Source: Candidatus Aenigmatarchaeota archaeon
GTDB lineage: Archaea > Aenigmatarchaeota > Aenigmatarchaeia > GW2011-AR5
Assembly (NCBI GenBank): GCA_016198685.1
Contig: JACQID010000004.1
Coordinates: 128,001 to 192,000, forward strand
Length of the DNA stretch: 64,000 nt
Reading direction: 5' to 3'
Positions 26,612 to 35,766 of this stretch are shown here, piece after piece (within the stretch, counting starts at the first letter, position 1; each line of letters starts with the position of its first letter). The position numbers and the translations under genes were made by a program. The notes under the pieces were generated by a model. That model searched no databases. It saw nothing but the letters and a program-made list of their open reading frames with translations, and had not been told where the DNA came from.

Positions 26612-27820
26612 CTATTTTTTGTTTTTATTATTTTTCATTAGATTATGTTCTTCCTGTTTTGACAGTATCAGTACCATCAAAGTCGTATAAACTATGCTCA
26701 GGAAGACAACGCTCATAACTATCTTGGAAAACAGGTCTGCATCAGGAATCGTATATAATATAGGCAATTGTGTCAGAAGTACAGGGATAAAGTCCTTAGG
26801 GACCATGATGCGCATGACATTTTTCTCATAAACGCTCAATTTGGCTCCTATCGTGCTTGCATTAACTGCAAGGAATCTAGCTAATATAACGGCAAGCGCT
26901 ACGGCATGACCTATCAGGAGCGTTTCCTGGTTCAAGGAGACAACCATTCCTATGTAAACGAAGAAGAACGACCTTACAAAGAAGGATATTTCTGACTGGA
27001 AATTCTTGAGTAGATGGTTGACTGTGAATTTTTTCTGGGTTTTCAGTATCTCGGAGAACGTAGAGGCGTTGCCCAGAACTATTCCGAACAATAGGGCGGC
27101 AATGGCCCCGCTTCCGCCGGCGTATTCTGTGAAGGTATACAGAAGCAGAAGCGCCCCTAAAGTAAGCATATAGTCAAACTGCCTGCCTTTTAGGTCATCC
27201 AAAACAAATAACCAGATAATTCCGGCAGCGAGGCCAAGCATTGCCCCTACTGAAAAGACGCTGAGAACGCCGCTCACTGGGTTACTGACCATGCCGCCTG
27301 TCATGATGCTCATGACTGCAAGTGAAAGCACTATGACCATGGGGTCGCTGAATATGGACTCAAAATCTATTATGGCCCGTACATTACCTCTTATCTTAAG
27401 CTTTGTAACAAGCGGCACTACTATCGCCGAGCTGCTGCCGGCAAGAAGGCAGCCGATAAGCAATGAAGGAAGAAATCCTAGACCAAATAGGATGCAGATG
27501 CCTGTTATAGCAGCTATGGAGAAGCCTGCAGTAAGCACGGAAAGCAGCATGCTCCGTGAGAACTGCCTCACCATCTGATAGAAGTTTATGTTGAGACCGG
27601 CATCAAACAATATCATGAACAGCGCAACTGACGCGAGGAAACCTGATATCGAAAAGAAGAATGATGTGTCTATTATTTTGAAGGTTGAGACAAGATAGCC
27701 AAAGAGTATGAGCCAAAGAACATCAGGTATCTTTGTTTTCTCAAAAATTATAGAACCTGCATAGCCAATTATGATTGTCAGTCCCGCAATCACCATCAGC
27801 CCCGGGACATCAAACGCCAT
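26612..27820 (-). CDS. Cation:proton antiporter (CPA1/NhaP-like)
   Basis: About 12 TMs; KIPDV, LFDAGL, ESIFSD, F...FFFV.IG motifs. Confidence 0.88.
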   Translation of the reverse strand: MAFDVPGLMVIAGLTIIIGYAGSIIFEKTKIPDVLWLILFGYLVSTFKIIDTSFFFSISGFLASVALFMILFDAGLNINFYQMVRQFSRSMLLSVLTAGFSIAAITGICILFGLGFLPSLLIGCLLAGSSSAIVVPLVTKLKIRGNVRAIIDFESIFSDPMVIVLSLAVMSIMTGGMVSNPVSGVLSVFSVGAMLGLAAGIIWLFVLDDLKGRQFDYMLTLGALLLLYTFTEYAGGSGAIAALLFGIVLGNASTFSEILKTQKKFTVNHLLKNFQSEISFFVRSFFFVYIGMVVSLNQETLLIGHAVALAVILARFLAVNASTIGAKLSVYEKNVMRIMVPKDFIPVLLTQLPILYTIPDADLFSKIVMSVVFLSIVYTTLMVLILSKQEEHNLMKNNKNKK

Positions 27821-27890
27821 GAAGTTAATCTTAACTCAACCGATATATAAACGGCTTGGCACCTTCGCATAGAGTTTCGTTCTTGCTTTT

Positions 27891-28796
27891 CTATATCATC
27901 CCGATCTCTGTGAGGTATTCTTGAACGGCTTTCTGAAGCGTGTATTTTGATTTGAAACCCAGGAGTTTTTGCGCGTTTTCAGTAGATGCCTGGGTGTTAT
28001 TCTGGTATCCGTTCTTGTACGGATTGTCTATGTATTCGGGTTCGAGATCTTTGCCCAACACTTCATTCAAAATAGCAACGACGTCGTTAAAGCTTGTGGC
28101 CTTGCCAGTGCCTACGTTGACTATGCAGCTCTCCTTGGCTTTCATGGCCATCACGTTAGCTTGCACGACGTCTTTAACGTAGATATGATCCCTCATCTGT
28201 TCGCCGTATTTGAAAATTTTAGGCCTCTTGTCTGCGGCCATCTGCAATGCAAGCTGGTATATCATGCTCGCCGCCTTCTTCTTGTAGAGTTCGCGCGGTC
28301 CGAAAACGTTGAAATAGCGCAAGCCTATGATTTTTATTCCGCTGTTCCAGTGCCTTTTTGCAAGATTATCCATGGCAAGTTTTGAAGACCCATAACTGTT
28401 CAAAGGCGAGCTTTGGCCTTCTTTCATCGGCACAGGCCCATTGCCGTAGACGCCCGCGGATGATGCATACACAAGGTTTATGCCTTTTGTAATCGCATAG
28501 TCAAGGACATTGCGGAATCCTTCCACATTGACTGAAAAAACCGTGCCTTGATCTGTTATTGTGGTGTCTGTTATGGCTGCCTGATGAAATATAATATCAG
28601 GCTCTGAAATTTTTGCTATTGTTGCGCTATCACGTATATCGCCATTTATAATGTTGCCGTCAAAGCCTTCAAGATTTTTGTCGTCAGTGGAAGAAAAATT
28701 ATCAAGGACCGATACTTCATTGCCATCCTGCAACGATACGGCAAGGTTGCTTCCGACGAAGCCCGCGCCTCCTGTGACGAGAACTTTCATAATCAT
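27891..28796 (-). CDS. NAD-dependent sugar epimerase, ADP-L-glycero-D-manno-heptose 6-epimerase (HldD/RfaD)-like
   Basis: GGAGFVGS, YASSAGVYG, YGSSK, LRYFNVFGPRE..K...ASM, RDHIYVKDVV. Confidence 0.8.
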   Translation of the reverse strand: MIMKVLVTGGAGFVGSNLAVSLQDGNEVSVLDNFSSTDDKNLEGFDGNIINGDIRDSATIAKISEPDIIFHQAAITDTTITDQGTVFSVNVEGFRNVLDYAITKGINLVYASSAGVYGNGPVPMKEGQSSPLNSYGSSKLAMDNLAKRHWNSGIKIIGLRYFNVFGPRELYKKKAASMIYQLALQMAADKRPKIFKYGEQMRDHIYVKDVVQANVMAMKAKESCIVNVGTGKATSFNDVVAILNEVLGKDLEPEYIDNPYKNGYQNNTQASTENAQKLLGFKSKYTLQKAVQEYLTEIGMI

Positions 28797-28829
28797 AATT
28801 TCCAGAAAGGCTTATATATTGAGAAGCTC

Positions 28830-29906
28830 CTAGAAATATTCTTTGACTCTTTCGAAGAAACCTTTTTTCGTTTCCGCATTTTTTTCAAAAGCACCGCGTA
28901 TGCCATCCTCCTGTTGTCTTGTGAGCTTCTTGGGTATTTCGACAACGACTCTAACCATTTGGTCACCGCGTTTTGCCGAGCCTGGGGTTGGCATGCCTTC
29001 TCCTTTCATGCGGAATATAGTATGGCTTTGCGTCCCTGGCGGTATAATAAGCTTCGCTTTGCCGTCAATTGTCTGGACATCCACTTCTCCCCCAAGCATG
29101 GCAGTGCCAAGATCAATGTATACTGTGCAGTAAAGATTATTGCCTTCGCGTTCGAAGATACTGTGCTCTTTTACCCGGATGAGAACATACAGGTCGCCGT
29201 ATGGCCCGCCATTCTCGCCTGGTCCGCCTTCGCCTGTGAATCTTATGTACTGGCCATCGTCCGCTCCGGCCGGTATTTCAATTTCCATTTCCTTCTCAAT
29301 CTGGCTGCCACCCGAGCCTCCGCATTCACGGCAAACTTTCTCTGCCATCTTGCCGGTTCCGCGGCACCTCGTGCATGTGGTGACGCTGATGAACTGTCCA
29401 AGAAAACTCCGTTGCACCCTCTTTATTTCGCCTGAACCATGGCACTCATTGCATGTTTTGAGTATGCTTGCGCCTGTGCCTTTGCATGTGCGGCATTCCT
29501 CAAAGTGCGGAAATCTTATCTTTTTTGTGATGCCGTCAAATGCCTGCTCGAGGGTCATTTCAATATCATATCTCAGGTCGCTGCCTTTTCGTTTTTTCTG
29601 CGTCTGACTGAATCCAAATGACTCGAAAATATCCTCAAAGCCTCTGCCAAATATGTCTTCAAATCCCGCTCCTGAAGAAGCCTGTCCGTTCGGAGCTGAC
29701 CCGAACTGGTCGTAATGCTTTCTTTTTTCCGGCTCGCCGAGCGTCTGGAAAGCCTCATTGATTTCCTTGAACCTCGCTTCTGCTCCAGTATTCTTGCTTA
29801 CGTCCGGATGCCATTCGCGAGCGAGCTTCCTGAATGCCTTCTTTATTTCCTCCTGTGTTGCGTTTCTTGAAACGCCGAGTGTTTCATAATAATCCTTGGC
29901 GACCAT
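28830..29906 (-). CDS. dnaJ: Chaperone DnaJ
   Basis: Start MVAKDYYETLG; HPD motif, G/F region, four CxxCxGxG repeats. Confidence 0.96.
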   Translation of the reverse strand: MVAKDYYETLGVSRNATQEEIKKAFRKLAREWHPDVSKNTGAEARFKEINEAFQTLGEPEKRKHYDQFGSAPNGQASSGAGFEDIFGRGFEDIFESFGFSQTQKKRKGSDLRYDIEMTLEQAFDGITKKIRFPHFEECRTCKGTGASILKTCNECHGSGEIKRVQRSFLGQFISVTTCTRCRGTGKMAEKVCRECGGSGGSQIEKEMEIEIPAGADDGQYIRFTGEGGPGENGGPYGDLYVLIRVKEHSIFEREGNNLYCTVYIDLGTAMLGGEVDVQTIDGKAKLIIPPGTQSHTIFRMKGEGMPTPGSAKRGDQMVRVVVEIPKKLTRQQEDGIRGAFEKNAETKKGFFERVKEYF

Positions 29907-29977
29907 AGCAATTGTTATTTTATACCGAAATGGCTTAATTAGTAACAGAATGCCCTGTAAAGGCTTGCCACCCATTT

Positions 29978-30556
29978 ATGAAAACTATTAGTGAGATTAA
30001 TGGGATTATACATATGCGATTCTTCGATTCCTCTTTCGGCGAAATCCTTACGTCACAGATAGCATCTGTCGGAGGCGGCCTCATAGCCGGTACGATTCTT
30101 GCCCTTTATACCGATAAATTGCTCCTGCTTCCAGGAATGCTTGTCCTTATACCGGGATTCTTGGAGATGCGGGGGAACATAAGCGGCTCTTTTTCATCAC
30201 GCCTGACATCCGGTCTCTTTCTGGGCGCAATAAAGCCAAAAAATCTATGGTCAAGCATTGTAAAAGGCAATCTTGTGGCTTCTTTCATTCAGGCTTTATT
30301 CATTTCTCTATCCCTCGGAATTATCGCATTCGTTTTCAATTACCTAATTTTCGGTGTTTCGTCTTTGCAAATAATTGCTATTCCCGTTATTGCCGGCGCC
30401 ATAGCAAATGCAATAGAAATACCGCTTGCACTTTTTGCGACATTCTACTTATTCCGGAAAGGCCATGATCCGAACAACGTCATGGGCCCGCTTATCACGT
30501 CTACGGGCGATGTGATAAGCATAGTCTCGCTTCTTGCAGCCGTGGCGATAATATGA
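29978..30556 (+). CDS. MgtE/SLC41-type divalent cation transporter membrane domain (copy 1)
   Basis: GNISGSFSSRL and DPNNVMGPLITSTGD motifs; 5 TMs. Confidence 0.85.
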   Translation: MKTISEINGIIHMRFFDSSFGEILTSQIASVGGGLIAGTILALYTDKLLLLPGMLVLIPGFLEMRGNISGSFSSRLTSGLFLGAIKPKNLWSSIVKGNLVASFIQALFISLSLGIIAFVFNYLIFGVSSLQIIAIPVIAGAIANAIEIPLALFATFYLFRKGHDPNNVMGPLITSTGDVISIVSLLAAVAII

Positions 30557-31263
30557 TTCTTTCTAAAAAGCGTTTTCTGGCAAGACACCTCCAAAGCCTG
30601 CGGAAAATAAAGAAAGGCCGTACCCATCCGCTTCTGTATCATATTCACAAAAAATATGGCATATCGAAGAAAACGCTCTTCTATATGCAGGAATATGGAC
30701 CCCATTCTAACGTGATGGCAACTATATTAAAGGAGAGCACGAAGATGCTGCTTTTTGCGTCAATATTAAGTTCATTGGGCGGCCTTTCCTTGGAGGCTAT
30801 AAGGCCGCTCTTGCTTTCGGTAATGCCGTTACTGATACTTCTGCCAGCGTTAAGCGATATGATAGGCGATTATGGTATTATATTCTCCTCAAAGCTGGCT
30901 ACAATGCTGCATGAAGGTCGCATAGGCAAAAAGTGGTGGAATAACAGTGATTTGAGAAGATTACTCTGCCAGATTCTGATAATATCCATTCTCACTGCGT
31001 TCATTAGCTCGGTTGCGGCCCTTGCCATATCATGGGCATTCGGTTATGAACTTACATTTCTTCTCGCAACCAAGATAATGGCGATAAGCCTCCTTGATAC
31101 AATCTTCCTGGTGTCCGTTCTCTTCGTAGTAGCGATTACTGCGGGCATTCATTACTTCAGAAAGAAGGAAGACCCGAACAACTTTTTGATACCCATAACG
31201 ACGTCAGTTGCAGACTTTGGTAATATGATAGTTTTATCACTACTCGTGCTCTTTTTCTTCTAG
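30553..31263 (+). CDS. MgtE/SLC41-type membrane domain (copy 2) with basic N-terminal extension
   Basis: DMIGDYG..FSSKL and DPNNFLIPITTSVAD; ATGA overlap with copy 1. Confidence 0.82.
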   Translation: MILSKKRFLARHLQSLRKIKKGRTHPLLYHIHKKYGISKKTLFYMQEYGPHSNVMATILKESTKMLLFASILSSLGGLSLEAIRPLLLSVMPLLILLPALSDMIGDYGIIFSSKLATMLHEGRIGKKWWNNSDLRRLLCQILIISILTAFISSVAALAISWAFGYELTFLLATKIMAISLLDTIFLVSVLFVVAITAGIHYFRKKEDPNNFLIPITTSVADFGNMIVLSLLVLFFF

Positions 31264-31848
31264 GCTTGTTTCCCTTTGTTCCTTTAGAATCTCAAATAAT
31301 GCGCGGATATGCTTTGTTGAGATATTGCGCTCGGCATTCTGCCAGAAATCCTCGAGATAGGCGCCATGCTTTTTTTCATATTCCAATGCCTGCAAAGTCA
31401 TTTCCAGCTTGTCGATGTCATGCACGAACAGCGATTCAGGCGTTTTCCTTTCCTCGTACTCATGCCATAGATTGATGATTTCCTTATCATCCAGATCCCT
31501 GAGAAGCGTTTCAAACGCTTTCTCTTCTTTTTCATGTTTTTCGTTCTTGGCGATGCCATCTTCCGGCGTTATGTCGCCGACTATGGATTCGGCTAAATCA
31601 TGGACAAGCGCCATTTTCATCGTTCTTTCCTTGTTGACACCGGCCATATCCGCGAGAACGAAAGCGGCCAACGATGCCATGAAGCTGTGTTCAGCGACAG
31701 ACTCGGGATTAGGGACTTTCCTGAGCACCCAACCTGCACGTTTGACCTTCTTTAGCTTGGCTGCGTTTTCCAGAAATTTTATTACATCCATTAGTATACG
31801 AATATAGAGAAAGCTTAAACACCAAATTCTGTAACATTGATAATGCAA
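31240..31848 (-). CDS. HD-domain phosphohydrolase (YfbR/HDDC2-like)
   Basis: ESVAEHS, HDLAESIVGD, DIDKLE. Confidence 0.9.
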   Translation of the reverse strand: MHYQCYRIWCLSFLYIRILMDVIKFLENAAKLKKVKRAGWVLRKVPNPESVAEHSFMASLAAFVLADMAGVNKERTMKMALVHDLAESIVGDITPEDGIAKNEKHEKEEKAFETLLRDLDDKEIINLWHEYEERKTPESLFVHDIDKLEMTLQALEYEKKHGAYLEDFWQNAERNISTKHIRALFEILKEQRETSLEEKEHE

Positions 31849-31899
31849 AAATTCGGCATGTAAGCCGCTCCTTAAGACGATTTCTCTTTAAACTGGAAA

Positions 31900-32466
31900 T
31901 CAGAATTTGACTTTGACATCCTTTCTTTCGTGTTCCGAGGCGACGAAGAGTTCTTCATCCTTGTAGCCAAGCATGTTGGCGAAGAACATGTCAGGGAATG
32001 TATGGATTTTTATGTTGTAAGTATTCACGCTGTCGTTGTAGAACTCCCTGCGGTCCGCAAGTTCGTTCTCAATTCCGCTTATCCTGTTCTGGAGCTGCAC
32101 AAAATTTTCGTTTGCCCTGAGTTTGGGATAATTCTCTGCTACTGCAAAAATCGTCTTCAAGGCATCGGTTATCATGTTGTCAGCTTCGGCTTTCTGTGAC
32201 GTGGTTTTGGCCTTCAAGAATTGGGTTCTTGCCTTGGTAAGGTCTATAAGCGTGCTCTTTTCGTGTTTCATATACCCTTTTACAGATTCTATGAGCTTGG
32301 GCAATTCATCGCTTCTTTGCTTGAGTAAAACATCTATGTTAGACCGGGATTTCTTTATGTTATTATGCAGTGTGACGAGTGCATTGTATATTGCTATAAT
32401 GAACAGAGCGAAACCTATTACAAAGAAGCCTATCACGGCCAAAATTACCATGTCAATGCCCGGCAT
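31900..32466 (-). CDS. lemA: LemA family protein
   Basis: N-terminal TM, YNALV, NIDVLLKQRSD, AENYPKLRANENF.LQ, RREFYND. Confidence 0.93.
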   Translation of the reverse strand: MPGIDMVILAVIGFFVIGFALFIIAIYNALVTLHNNIKKSRSNIDVLLKQRSDELPKLIESVKGYMKHEKSTLIDLTKARTQFLKAKTTSQKAEADNMITDALKTIFAVAENYPKLRANENFVQLQNRISGIENELADRREFYNDSVNTYNIKIHTFPDMFFANMLGYKDEELFVASEHERKDVKVKF

Positions 32467-32484
32467 CCGATTCCCTTTAATCTC

Positions 32485-33318
32485 TTATAACAGACCGAGA
32501 TATAAAAGCGTTATTGCAAGGCCGCCCACAGCCATAATTGCGCCTCCTGCAGTACTTGCCGCGACTTTCCACGCCATAGAAGAAACTACGTCTTTCTCAT
32601 GCTTGTCCGAGATATAAAAGAAATTCTCCCCTTTTTGTATCATTATGTCTTCCTCATTCTTCATTCCTCTGCCTTCCTCTATATGCGGGTTGTCTGCGGC
32701 AGTTCCCATGATGTAAACCTTGTCGCCGGGAGCTATGAAGTATTCCCGGTACCTCATGGTTGAATTTATCCCGAAGAGCCCTTCAAATCCCAGAGCGCTG
32801 GATTTCAAAAATTTCTTGACCCTTGCCGGCGGGTCTTTTCCGAATCCTGAATCGCAATGGTAATCCATGGGAACGTCTACTTCGGCTCCTTTAGGATTAA
32901 CAAGAACAGAACCCGTTTCATCCTTGACAAAAAAAGGCACTCCGCTGTCACCATTCTTGACAAGCGCCCAGTAATGGTGCTTGCCGCTTGTCCTGTATTC
33001 TTCGATTGTATACCTATACCAGACGCATTTCCTGCCGGAAAAAGGGCTTTCCATGATATTTTTTTCTGCCGGCAATGCCTTGCCGTGGACTTCAACAGGA
33101 CCCATGGCCATTGACCTTATTTTTGACGTAGGGGTATTTTGTATCATCTGTCTTCTTTTCAGAAGAGTAAACCCGTGGAAGAAAAGCCCGGTTCCTATGA
33201 TGATGCCGCCAACGCCCAGCAACAAAATTCTCCCGTCCCAGTCACTATGCATGACGATGTTGGTACTATACGCAAAAGCCTGTGATTCCTGCATGATATA
33301 TAAGATGCCGCAGGGCAA
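32485..33318 (-). CDS. GIDE-domain membrane protein (no RING)
   Basis: TM, NTPTSKIRS..G.VEV.G, SPFSG..CVWY, PFFVKDETG.VLV, RYRE..I.PGD.VYIMG, C-terminal TM. Start uncertain. Confidence 0.75.
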   Translation of the reverse strand: MPCGILYIMQESQAFAYSTNIVMHSDWDGRILLLGVGGIIIGTGLFFHGFTLLKRRQMIQNTPTSKIRSMAMGPVEVHGKALPAEKNIMESPFSGRKCVWYRYTIEEYRTSGKHHYWALVKNGDSGVPFFVKDETGSVLVNPKGAEVDVPMDYHCDSGFGKDPPARVKKFLKSSALGFEGLFGINSTMRYREYFIAPGDKVYIMGTAADNPHIEEGRGMKNEEDIMIQKGENFFYISDKHEKDVVSSMAWKVAASTAGGAIMAVGGLAITLLYLGLL

Positions 33319-33347
33319 TATTAATCTTTGACCGTCCTTTATGATTT

Positions 33348-33806
33348 ATGCTGAAAGTTTTTCTGGCGCTTCTTATTTTCTCCCCGGCGTTTGCCCATCT
33401 TGATGCAGGACAGGACGTTGCAGTAGGTGGCTATCTTGCGGATTTTGGCCATTCTCCTGGCAATATCAGTTCAGGAGAGAGCGGCATATTGGCTTTCAAC
33501 CTTGCGAACGTAACAACCGGAGATGCATTAATACCGCAGAACGTATGGGTGAGGATATCCAAGGGCGATGATGTCACATTTGCAGGCAGTTTTGCGCCGC
33601 ATGGCGGAAGCGTCACGTTTACATACCTTTTTCCGGAAGCCGGCGTATATACCATTAAAGCCCGTTATTTCGGCAACGAAAGCATTCTTGCAGAAGCGGA
33701 TTTTGCAGTGCGAATCGAAGAAAGAGCGTCTGATAATACTTTTACAACTGCATTTTTATTCCTGCTCGGACTTTTTGTTGTAATCTTATATACGGGAAGA
33801 TATTAA
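33348..33806 (+). CDS. Exported beta-rich (Ig/YtkA-like) protein with C-terminal TM
   Basis: Signal peptide ending AFA-H, FPEAGVYTIKA strand pattern, C-terminal hydrophobic helix. Confidence 0.65.
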   Translation: MLKVFLALLIFSPAFAHLDAGQDVAVGGYLADFGHSPGNISSGESGILAFNLANVTTGDALIPQNVWVRISKGDDVTFAGSFAPHGGSVTFTYLFPEAGVYTIKARYFGNESILAEADFAVRIEERASDNTFTTAFLFLLGLFVVILYTGRY

Positions 33807-33830
33807 TAGTTTTGTACTTACTATAAAGTA

Positions 33831-34091
33831 ATGACTATAAATTTAACAGAAATGCAAGCTTGCCGGGATAAAACTGCGCCGGAAGAGTGCATAAAAAATG
33901 GCGGGCATTATCCAACATACTGGAAAGGCGAGCAACCAGGTTACAGCCCTATACCGCCCATGGATATGTATGATTGTCTTGGATGCCTAACGACCGTAGC
34001 CGTGCCAAGGGGCTTGGATTTGCCCTACGTAGGAATGGTGAGCGATCCGTCTGATCCGCAAATAACGCACTTCGTCTACAAGCTGATTTAG
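33831..34091 (+). CDS. Hypothetical 86-aa protein with possible Cys/His metal ligands
   Basis: C..C..H and CLGC; free-standing ORF. Confidence 0.5.
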   Translation: MTINLTEMQACRDKTAPEECIKNGGHYPTYWKGEQPGYSPIPPMDMYDCLGCLTTVAVPRGLDLPYVGMVSDPSDPQITHFVYKLI

Positions 34092-34233
34092 GCTTTGCGA
34101 AGAAAGCGACGCGTGCATTGTATGACAGCGCATAACCAAATGTTTGCGCGGCACAACTTTCACCATGCGTTTTCTTAATGTAAATGGCATGCATGAAAAA
34201 AACGCTTAAGTCAAAGAAGGCACAATTAGCTAT

Positions 34234-35760
34234 ATGATATTCTTCGCGTCCGCATTTGCAGCAGTTCTATTTTTCGTATCCGTTCTCGGAGCGCTCTTTG
34301 CGGTGCCCATTCTTGCAGGAAATATTTCGTTCTCTCTTGCCGCAATCATTACGCTGGCTTTCATTGTCGCGTTATGCCTGGCAGCTCCGGTCATCCTTGA
34401 CAGAATCTTCGCTCGTTTTTACGGTCTTCAATTCATAAGCCTTTCAGAGCTACGTCTCAGGAGCCCTGCATCAGCGTCGTTCATAGAAGAAGCGTGCAAG
34501 AGGCATTCATGGAAAGTTCCGCGTCTTGCACTCATAAAAGAGCCAAGCCCTAACTCTTTTGTGTACGGTCACGGAATATGGAATGCAAGGCTTGCAGTTA
34601 CAGAAGGCCTATTAAATAACCTCGATGAGAATGAGCGCGTTTCCGTTTATGCGCATGAAATGGGGCATCTGAAGAACAGGGATTTTATACTGATGACGCC
34701 TATGGCAGCCCTGCTTCAACTATTTTTTGAACTCTGCCTGCGTTTCAAATTTCTTGCACTGCCTTTGCAGGGCATACGCATGGTGCTTGAGTTTGCCGTC
34801 CTGCCTCTAAGCCGCGAGAAAGAATATCTTGCTGATGAATATGCATCTCATGAAACGCATCATAACCATCTGGCGATGGCCCTGCTGAAAATATCCTACG
34901 GTATAGCGCACTCCGAAAGCAGGCGCCTTGCCGATTCGGCGAGATACATGGGCATAATGGATGCCCAAAGCGCAGCTTCCGGTGGCATAGCGTATCATAA
35001 TGCAAAGAACTCCCGCAGCTTTGAATCTCTCAAGAGGAGCTTGTCGCACGATTTCACAAACCCTTGGGCGTCATTTGCAGAGCTGGGCCTAGCACATCCG
35101 CTTCTTGGCAAAAGGCTCAAGCGGCTTTCGGGTTTTTTCAAGGATGCGGCACTTGATTTCGATGCAATGGAAACGAATCTGAAAGAAGGAAAGATGCAGC
35201 CCGCTTTTGCCAAAGATATCTTCTCCTTGGCGTTCCCATTTTGCCTTTCAGCCGGCTTTCCTCTCTTATATTTATTGTTGGCATTTGCCGGTATTCCCTT
35301 TCGTCTGGGCGATCTGGCAGGCGGCTGGCTTATAAGTGCAGGGATCGCAAGCGTTCTTTTGACAATGTACAAATACCCTTCTGGAGTGCCGCGTGCAGTA
35401 ACTGCCGCCGAACTCGCGCTTTATCCTAATGCGTCTCCTGTACACGGAAAATTAGTATCCTTAAGGGGCAGATTATTGGATGGAATTATCGCCATAGGAA
35501 ACGTTTTTCAGGATAAAACAGGCTTTCTTCGCGTTGATTACAAAAGCAATATGCCTAGCTTCCTAGGACCTTCGTGCAAGGAACTTGCAGGCAAATATGC
35601 TAAGGTCACAGGCTGGTTTACTCATGACACCTGCGGAACGCTAATAGTCGATACAGTTGAATCCCCGGAAGGCAAGGCGAACAGTTTCGTAAAATCAGCA
35701 TGCCTAATGGAAGCTGCAGTGCTAATGATTGCCGGAATAATTGTTTTTCTAATTCACTGA
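34234..35760 (+). CDS. htpX: HtpX-like M48 zinc membrane protease with C-terminal extension
   Basis: PNSFVYG, AHEMGH (HExxH), SREKEYLAD, HPLLGKRL; several TMs. Confidence 0.85.
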   Translation: MIFFASAFAAVLFFVSVLGALFAVPILAGNISFSLAAIITLAFIVALCLAAPVILDRIFARFYGLQFISLSELRLRSPASASFIEEACKRHSWKVPRLALIKEPSPNSFVYGHGIWNARLAVTEGLLNNLDENERVSVYAHEMGHLKNRDFILMTPMAALLQLFFELCLRFKFLALPLQGIRMVLEFAVLPLSREKEYLADEYASHETHHNHLAMALLKISYGIAHSESRRLADSARYMGIMDAQSAASGGIAYHNAKNSRSFESLKRSLSHDFTNPWASFAELGLAHPLLGKRLKRLSGFFKDAALDFDAMETNLKEGKMQPAFAKDIFSLAFPFCLSAGFPLLYLLLAFAGIPFRLGDLAGGWLISAGIASVLLTMYKYPSGVPRAVTAAELALYPNASPVHGKLVSLRGRLLDGIIAIGNVFQDKTGFLRVDYKSNMPSFLGPSCKELAGKYAKVTGWFTHDTCGTLIVDTVESPEGKANSFVKSACLMEAAVLMIAGIIVFLIH

Positions 35761-35766
35761 GAAGGC

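Noticed and set aside
29978-31263. Two adjacent MgtE membrane-domain genes as a novel split transporter
   Set aside because: Tandem or duplicated MgtE-domain (SLC41-like) proteins are a known archaeal arrangement.
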